From positions 249,901 to 313,900 of the forward strand of contig CAVTOF010000003.1 in NCBI GenBank assembly GCA_963736225.1: a DNA stretch of 64,000 bases, read 5' to 3'. Origin of the DNA: an uncultured Acidimicrobiaceae bacterium (GTDB lineage: Bacteria > Actinomycetota > Acidimicrobiia > Acidimicrobiales > RAAP-2). The notes beneath the pieces are model-generated. The model did no database searches and was not told the DNA's origin. It saw only the letters and a list, made by a program, of their open reading frames with translations. The position numbers and the translations under genes were made by a program. Positions 59,472 to 64,000 of the stretch are shown piece after piece (the first letter of the stretch is position 1; the number at the start of each line of letters is the position of its first letter).

Positions 59472-59909
59472 ATGGCGACCCTCCGTGACGTCGAGCGCTT
59501 GACCGCAGCGCTGCCCGAGGTGCGCGAGGGCGAGCGGCACGGCCACCGGACGTGGTTCGTGGCGGACAAGGCCTTCGCCTGGGAACGACCGTTCTCCAAG
59601 GCGGACCTGCGCCGCTTCGGCGATGTCGAGCCGCCCCGCCAGCCGGTCCTCGCGCTGCGGACGGCGGACATCGCCGACAAGGAGGCCATCTTGGCCGCTG
59701 GGGCCCGCGGCTTCTTCACGATCCCGCACTTCGACGGATACGCCGCCGTCCTCGTCGAGCTCCGCGCCGCCACGCTGCGCCCGCTGCGCGCCGCGCTCGA
59801 AGATGCGTGGCTCGCGTGCGCGCCCGAGCCACTGGCACGGGCCTTCGTCGAGGGTTCTGCCGCGCCGGTGCGCGCGGTCACGCCCGCGGCACGCCGCAGG
59901 AGTCGTTGA
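59472..59909 (+). CDS. MmcQ/YjbR family protein
   Basis: 145 aa, ..[41 protein letters not shown].., resembling the YjbR fold family. Call by resemblance. Confidence 0.6.
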   Translation: MATLRDVERLTAALPEVREGERHGHRTWFVADKAFAWERPFSKADLRRFGDVEPPRQPVLALRTADIADKEAILAAGARGFFTIPHFDGYAAVLVELRAATLRPLRAALEDAWLACAPEPLARAFVEGSAAPVRAVTPAARRRSR

Positions 59910-60558
59910 AGCGCAACAGGATCCAGCGGTCCTCTGCGGGCACCCATTCCCATTCGGTCATGGATGCGTGGACGATACGCACCCAACCCCGGCGATAGAC
60001 CTCCGGCGTCACGCCCAAGAACGCGATCATGGTCGCCTCGATCACGCCCGCGTGGACCGCGGCCACCACCAGCTCGCCCGGGTGGTCCGCCACGACGGCC
60101 CGCACGGCGTCCGAGGCGCGCACGACGAACTCGGACCAGCTCTCACCGCCCGGGGCGATGGGGGTGGTGGGGTCGACGTCCCAGTCGGGAACACCGAAGG
60201 TGCCGACGACCTCGTCCCAACTCATGCCGTCGCTCTCGCCGGGGTGCAACTCGCAGAGGTCGCAGCGTTGGCGCACCGGGCCGAGTGCCCGCGGACCCGG
60301 ACCCACGACTGATCGCAAGCGCTCCGCTGTCTCGACCGCACGCGGAAGGACCGAGGAATACAGGGCTGACGCTTCGCGCAGTTCGCCGTTCTCGTAGAGG
60401 CGGTCGGCCAGGGCGGCCACCTGACGCCTGCCCAGATCGGTGAGTCCGGTACACCCGGTGCGTCCGCCAATGACCCCGTTGAGGTTGCAGGCCGCTTCGC
60501 CGTGGCGGATCAAGACGATGCGCGTCGCGCCCGCCTCGGGCGGGACGATGCGCAGCAC
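59878..60558 (-). CDS. Histidine phosphatase family protein (phosphoglycerate mutase-like)
   Basis: [13 protein letters not shown] (RHG motif) and a downstream catalytic His in AAVHAGVI. The start is taken as GTG 60558, because the VWA gene ends at 60615. The 3' end overlaps the convergent YjbR gene. Confidence 0.8.
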   Translation of the reverse strand: MLRIVPPEAGATRIVLIRHGEAACNLNGVIGGRTGCTGLTDLGRRQVAALADRLYENGELREASALYSSVLPRAVETAERLRSVVGPGPRALGPVRQRCDLCELHPGESDGMSWDEVVGTFGVPDWDVDPTTPIAPGGESWSEFVVRASDAVRAVVADHPGELVVAAVHAGVIEATMIAFLGVTPEVYRRGWVRIVHASMTEWEWVPAEDRWILLRFNDSCGVPRA

Positions 60559-60614
60559 GCCCGTGGGGGCGCGGTCCTGGCGCGGATCGGCCTCCTCTCG
60601 CCTGCGGGCCGGGC

Positions 60615-62069
60615 TCACGCCAGGTTGCCGACGAAGTGCTCCAGCTGGCGCAGCGTCCGGCACTCGACCACGTCGTCGCAGTGCGCGCCGTACTCCCCCA
60701 CGATGGAGTCGCCCGAGCCCCAGTAGTCACGCGGCTCGGGATTCAGCCAGAAGACGTGGCGGGCCCGGTCCTGGAGGTCCTGGAGCACCCACGACTGCGA
60801 CGCGTGATAGTTGTTGCGGGCATCACCGAGGATCATCACGCTCGAGCGCGAGGTGACCTGGTCCCCCCAGCGGCGATGGAACTCGGTCAAGGCGTGCCCG
60901 TAGTCGGAATGCCCGTCGACCCAGATCACGTCCGCCTCGGTGTTGATGCGCGCCACGGCCTCGGCCGGGTCGACCACGCCCTCGAAGAACCGGGTCACCT
61001 CGTCGATCCCGTCGACGAAGACGAAGCTGCGCACCTTGGAGAACTGCGACGAGATGGCGTACACCAGGTGCAACGTGAAGCGGGCGAAGCTGGCCACCGA
61101 GCCCGAGATGTCGGCGATCACGAAGATCTCGGGCTTGGCCGGGCGCGGGTGCCGGAACCGGGGCTCGACGGGCACACCACCGGTGGAGAGCGAACGGCGC
61201 ATGGTGGCACGGAAATCGAGCGGGCCCTTGCGTCCGTGGCGGCGCTTGCGCGCCAGCCGGACCGCCAGCTTGCGCGAGAGGGGCTGGAGCACGCGGTGCA
61301 GCATCGCCAGCTCCTCCCGGGTGGCGTGCATGACGTCGATGTCCTCGGGGAGTGGCTTGCGGACCGAGCGCGCGAGCGCCTCGGCGCCGCGGTCCTCGAC
61401 GAGGCGGCGCCGGATCTCGGTCTCCACGGCCCGGCGGAACTTCTCGATCCGCGACTTGAATTCGTCGGCCGCCAGCCGCTCCTCGAGATCGGTGAACGCA
61501 CCGCCGGCCGCACCCGCCTGCGCCTGGGACATCAGCCGCTCGAGGACGGCATCGAGGTCGAGGTTCCGCAGCGTGCGGTAGAGGTAATACGTTCCCCCGA
61601 CCGGGCGGCCGGGCTCCATGCCTGCGTAGCGGTCGACCGAATTGCGGGCGACCACGTTCATCATCGCGGCGTCGGCGGAGAGCAGCGACTTGAAGAGCAA
61701 CTCGGCCAACTCCTCCGGCGTCATGCCCTCGCCGGCTCCCCCTCCCTTCCAGGCCCGGCCCTGTCCCCGGAGGCCGCCCTGGCCGCTCTGCTCGCCCTCG
61801 GCGTCCCCCTCGAATTCCTCGTCCCCCGCCTCCCCGTCGCCGGCGCCAGCCGGCGTCCGGACGGCGAAGAACACTTCGAACGCCGTTTCGAAGGCGCGCC
61901 AGTGCGAGGACGACTTCACGAGCGTCGCCGCCAGCGCGTACTTGAGGCCCTCGCGGTCCTCGAGCGGGATGTGCTTGACCGCCTCGGCCGCGTCGAGGTG
62001 CTCGGTCAACGAGACGGGCAGGCCGGCGCGACGCAACTCGGTGACGAACCCGGACAGGAGGTCCAGCAT
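60615..62069 (-). CDS. VWA domain protein of the CoxE type
   Basis: N-terminus MLDLLSGFVTELRRAGLPVSLTEHLDA.. is typical of CoxE. MIDAS motif DISGS in FVIADISGSVASF. 484 aa. Confidence 0.82.
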   Translation of the reverse strand: MLDLLSGFVTELRRAGLPVSLTEHLDAAEAVKHIPLEDREGLKYALAATLVKSSSHWRAFETAFEVFFAVRTPAGAGDGEAGDEEFEGDAEGEQSGQGGLRGQGRAWKGGGAGEGMTPEELAELLFKSLLSADAAMMNVVARNSVDRYAGMEPGRPVGGTYYLYRTLRNLDLDAVLERLMSQAQAGAAGGAFTDLEERLAADEFKSRIEKFRRAVETEIRRRLVEDRGAEALARSVRKPLPEDIDVMHATREELAMLHRVLQPLSRKLAVRLARKRRHGRKGPLDFRATMRRSLSTGGVPVEPRFRHPRPAKPEIFVIADISGSVASFARFTLHLVYAISSQFSKVRSFVFVDGIDEVTRFFEGVVDPAEAVARINTEADVIWVDGHSDYGHALTEFHRRWGDQVTSRSSVMILGDARNNYHASQSWVLQDLQDRARHVFWLNPEPRDYWGSGDSIVGEYGAHCDDVVECRTLRQLEHFVGNLA

Positions 62070-62073
62070 TGGC

Positions 62074-62997
62074 CTAGCCCGCCGAGGCCGAGAGCAGCTC
62101 CTTGCTGGCCCGCTCGATGTCAGCCTGGTACTTCAACAAGATGTGCAGTGTGTCCTTCGCTCCGGCAGCGTCGATCGTCTCGACACCGAGCAACACCAAC
62201 GTCCGGGCCCAGTCCAGCGTCTCGGACACTGAGGGCGCCTTGCGCAGCTCGAGGGTGCGCAAGGAGCGCACGATGCGTGCCACCTGGTCGGCCAGCTCCT
62301 CGCTGATTCCGGGCACCTTGTTCCGCACGATTTCGCGTTCGCGGTCGAGGTCCGGGTAGTCCAGGTGGAGATACAGGCAGCGGCGCTTGAGCGCCTCGGA
62401 GAGCTCGCGCGTGTTGTTGGAGGTGAGGAACACCATCGGCAGCTGCGTGGCGCGCACCGTGCCCAGCTCGGGGATGGAGACCTGGTATTCGGAGAGGATC
62501 TCGAGCAGCAACGCCTCGGTCTCGAGCTCCACGCGGTCGACCTCGTCGATGAGGAGCACGACCGGCTCGGTGGCGCGGATCGCCTCGAGCAGGGGTCGCG
62601 TGAGGAGGAACTCCTCGGAGAAGATATCGCCCTCGAGCTCGTGCCACGACGGTCCTTCTGTCTCGCCCTGCCCGTGCTCGCCGGCCTGGATTCGCAGCAG
62701 CTGTTTGCGGTAGTTCCACTCGTAGAGCGCCTTGGACTCGTCGAGGCCCTCGTAGCACTGCAAGCGGATCAGGCGGGCGCCGGTGAGATCCGCCACCGAC
62801 TTGGCCAGCTGCGTCTTACCCGTCCCGGCCGGCCCCTCGACGAGCACCGGCTTGGCCAGGCGGTCGGCCAGGAAGACCACACCGCTGATGGAGTCGTCGG
62901 CCAGGTACCCCACCCGGGCCAGGCCACTGCGCACCCCGTCGAGGTTTTCGAAGCGCGCCGGTCCTGCTTCTGGTAGCCCCAACCAGGCGCTGCTCAC
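62074..62997 (-). CDS. MoxR-like AAA+ ATPase (CoxD-like)
   Basis: Walker A GPAGTGKTQLAK, Walker B LLIDEVD. GTG 62997 overlaps the proA stop (GTGA). The upstream part of ORF 62074..63840 is an out-of-frame shadow of proA. Confidence 0.85.
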   Translation of the reverse strand: MSSAWLGLPEAGPARFENLDGVRSGLARVGYLADDSISGVVFLADRLAKPVLVEGPAGTGKTQLAKSVADLTGARLIRLQCYEGLDESKALYEWNYRKQLLRIQAGEHGQGETEGPSWHELEGDIFSEEFLLTRPLLEAIRATEPVVLLIDEVDRVELETEALLLEILSEYQVSIPELGTVRATQLPMVFLTSNNTRELSEALKRRCLYLHLDYPDLDREREIVRNKVPGISEELADQVARIVRSLRTLELRKAPSVSETLDWARTLVLLGVETIDAAGAKDTLHILLKYQADIERASKELLSASAG

Positions 62998-64000
62998 TGT
63001 CGCACCTGCCCGTCCCCGCGCACCACCCATTTCAACGTCGTCAGCTCCTTCACTCCCATAGGCCCGCGAGCGTGCAGCTTCTGGGTGGAGATCCCCACCT
63101 CCGCCCCCAGGCCGAGCGCCTCGCCGTCGACGAAACGCGTCGACGTGTTCACCAGTACGGCCGCCCCGTCGACCTCGGCCACGAAGCGGTCGGCCACGCC
63201 GACGTCCGACGTGACGATGGCCTCGGAGTGTCCCGAGCTGTACCGCGTGATGTGCTCGATGGCGTCGGCCACGTCGTCGACCATGCCGATCGCAACGACG
63301 GGACCGAGGAACTCGGTCGCGAAGTCCTCCTCGCACGCCTCCAGTGCGTCGGGGACGAGCGCGCGGACACGCTCGTCGGCTCTGATCTCGACGCCGGACG
63401 CAGTGAGCGAGGCGGCCAACCTCGGCAGGAGCGCGGCACCGATGCCCTGGTGCACCAGGATCGTCTCCACCGCGTTGCAGACGCCGAAGCGGTGGGTCTT
63501 GGCGTTGACCGCCAGCTCGTGCGCCATGGCCAGGTCGGCCGCACCGTCGATGTAGATGTGACAGTTCCCGTCGCCGTCGAGGACGTACGGAACGGTTGCG
63601 TGCTCCACCAGCGACGCGATCAGCGCCGGGCCGCCGCGTGGGATCAGGCAGTCCACCAACCCGCGCAGCTGCATGAAGGCGATGGCGGTCTCGTGCGACG
63701 TGTCCTCGACCAGGGCCACCGCGTCCTCGGGCAAACCAGCCTTGACCACGGCGCGCCGGAGCAGGGCAACGACCGCCTGGTTGGACGCGAGGGCCGAGGA
63801 CGAGCCGCGCAGGAAGGCGGCGTTCCCCGCCTTCAGGCACAGCCCGGCGGCGTCGCTGGTCACGTTGGGCCGGTTCTCGTAGATGACGCCGATGACGCCG
63901 AGCGGGACCCGCACCCGTGTGACCCGCAGACCGTTCGGGCGCACCCAGCCTTCGGTCACCTCCCCGACCGGGTCGGCCAGCGCGGCCACCTTGCGCAAGC
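62994..64000 (-). CDS. proA: Glutamate-5-semialdehyde dehydrogenase (gamma-glutamyl phosphate reductase), 5' end outside the window
   Basis: ..VIGVIYENRPNVTSDAAGLCLKAGNAAFLRGSS.., CNAVETILVH, ..THRYSSGHSEAIVT... The frame stays open to the window edge. Confidence 0.9.
   Translation of the reverse strand, partial: LRKVAALADPVGEVTEGWVRPNGLRVTRVRVPLGVIGVIYENRPNVTSDAAGLCLKAGNAAFLRGSSSALASNQAVVALLRRAVVKAGLPEDAVALVEDTSHETAIAFMQLRGLVDCLIPRGGPALIASLVEHATVPYVLDGDGNCHIYIDGAADLAMAHELAVNAKTHRFGVCNAVETILVHQGIGAALLPRLAASLTASGVEIRADERVRALVPDALEACEEDFATEFLGPVVAIGMVDDVADAIEHITRYSSGHSEAIVTSDVGVADRFVAEVDGAAVLVNTSTRFVDGEALGLGAEVGISTQKLHARGPMGVKELTTLKWVVRGDGQVRQ

Overview
Very GC-rich bacterial chromosomal DNA (G+C not computed). 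Gene content and order match Actinomycetota, the same backbone as the Mycobacterium Rv27xx-Rv28xx region; an Acidimicrobiia-like lineage is only a guess. There are about 60 genes, mostly minus-strand housekeeping. Left to right: (1) two cell-envelope membrane proteins, thrB, a D-Ala-D-Ala carboxypeptidase and ftsK. (2) A radical-SAM repair-type gene behind a perfect LexA box, a secreted repeat/SGNH hydrolase, a GGDEF-EAL protein, a 749-bp non-coding gap, an MFS transporter and a GDPD. (3) rnj-dapA, a TetR plus di-iron oxygenase pair, rhomboid-TetR-dapB and M16 peptidase-pnp-rpsO. (4) ribF-truB-rbfA-infB-ylxR-nusA-rimP, proS-ispG-rseP-dxr, cdsA-frr-pyrH-tsf-rpsB and xerC. (5) An orphan solute-binding protein followed by mtrA-mtrB and a short GerMN lipoprotein. 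(6) rsfS-nadD, an LLM oxidoreductase, class II DAHP synthase and a second repeat protein with a lysozyme-like domain. (7) A small accessory/stress block, VWA(CoxE)-MoxR and proA (truncated by the window end). I saw no rRNA, tRNA, CRISPR, transposase or prophage genes. Main caveat: about 27 single-nucleotide frame breaks interrupt 14 otherwise well-conserved genes, including essential infB, nusA, dxr and ispG, and they are concentrated between 30 and 40 kb. They look like consensus indel errors, not biology, so these genes are typed pseudogene only in the as-sequenced sense. I found no convincing new multi-gene system. The best leads are an unassigned 40-residue repeat module shared by two secreted cell-wall-type hydrolases, the structured non-coding gap upstream of the MFS gene, and the solute-binding-protein/MtrAB/short-lipoprotein arrangement. 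All family calls rest on motifs read by eye from the ORF track; no searches were run.
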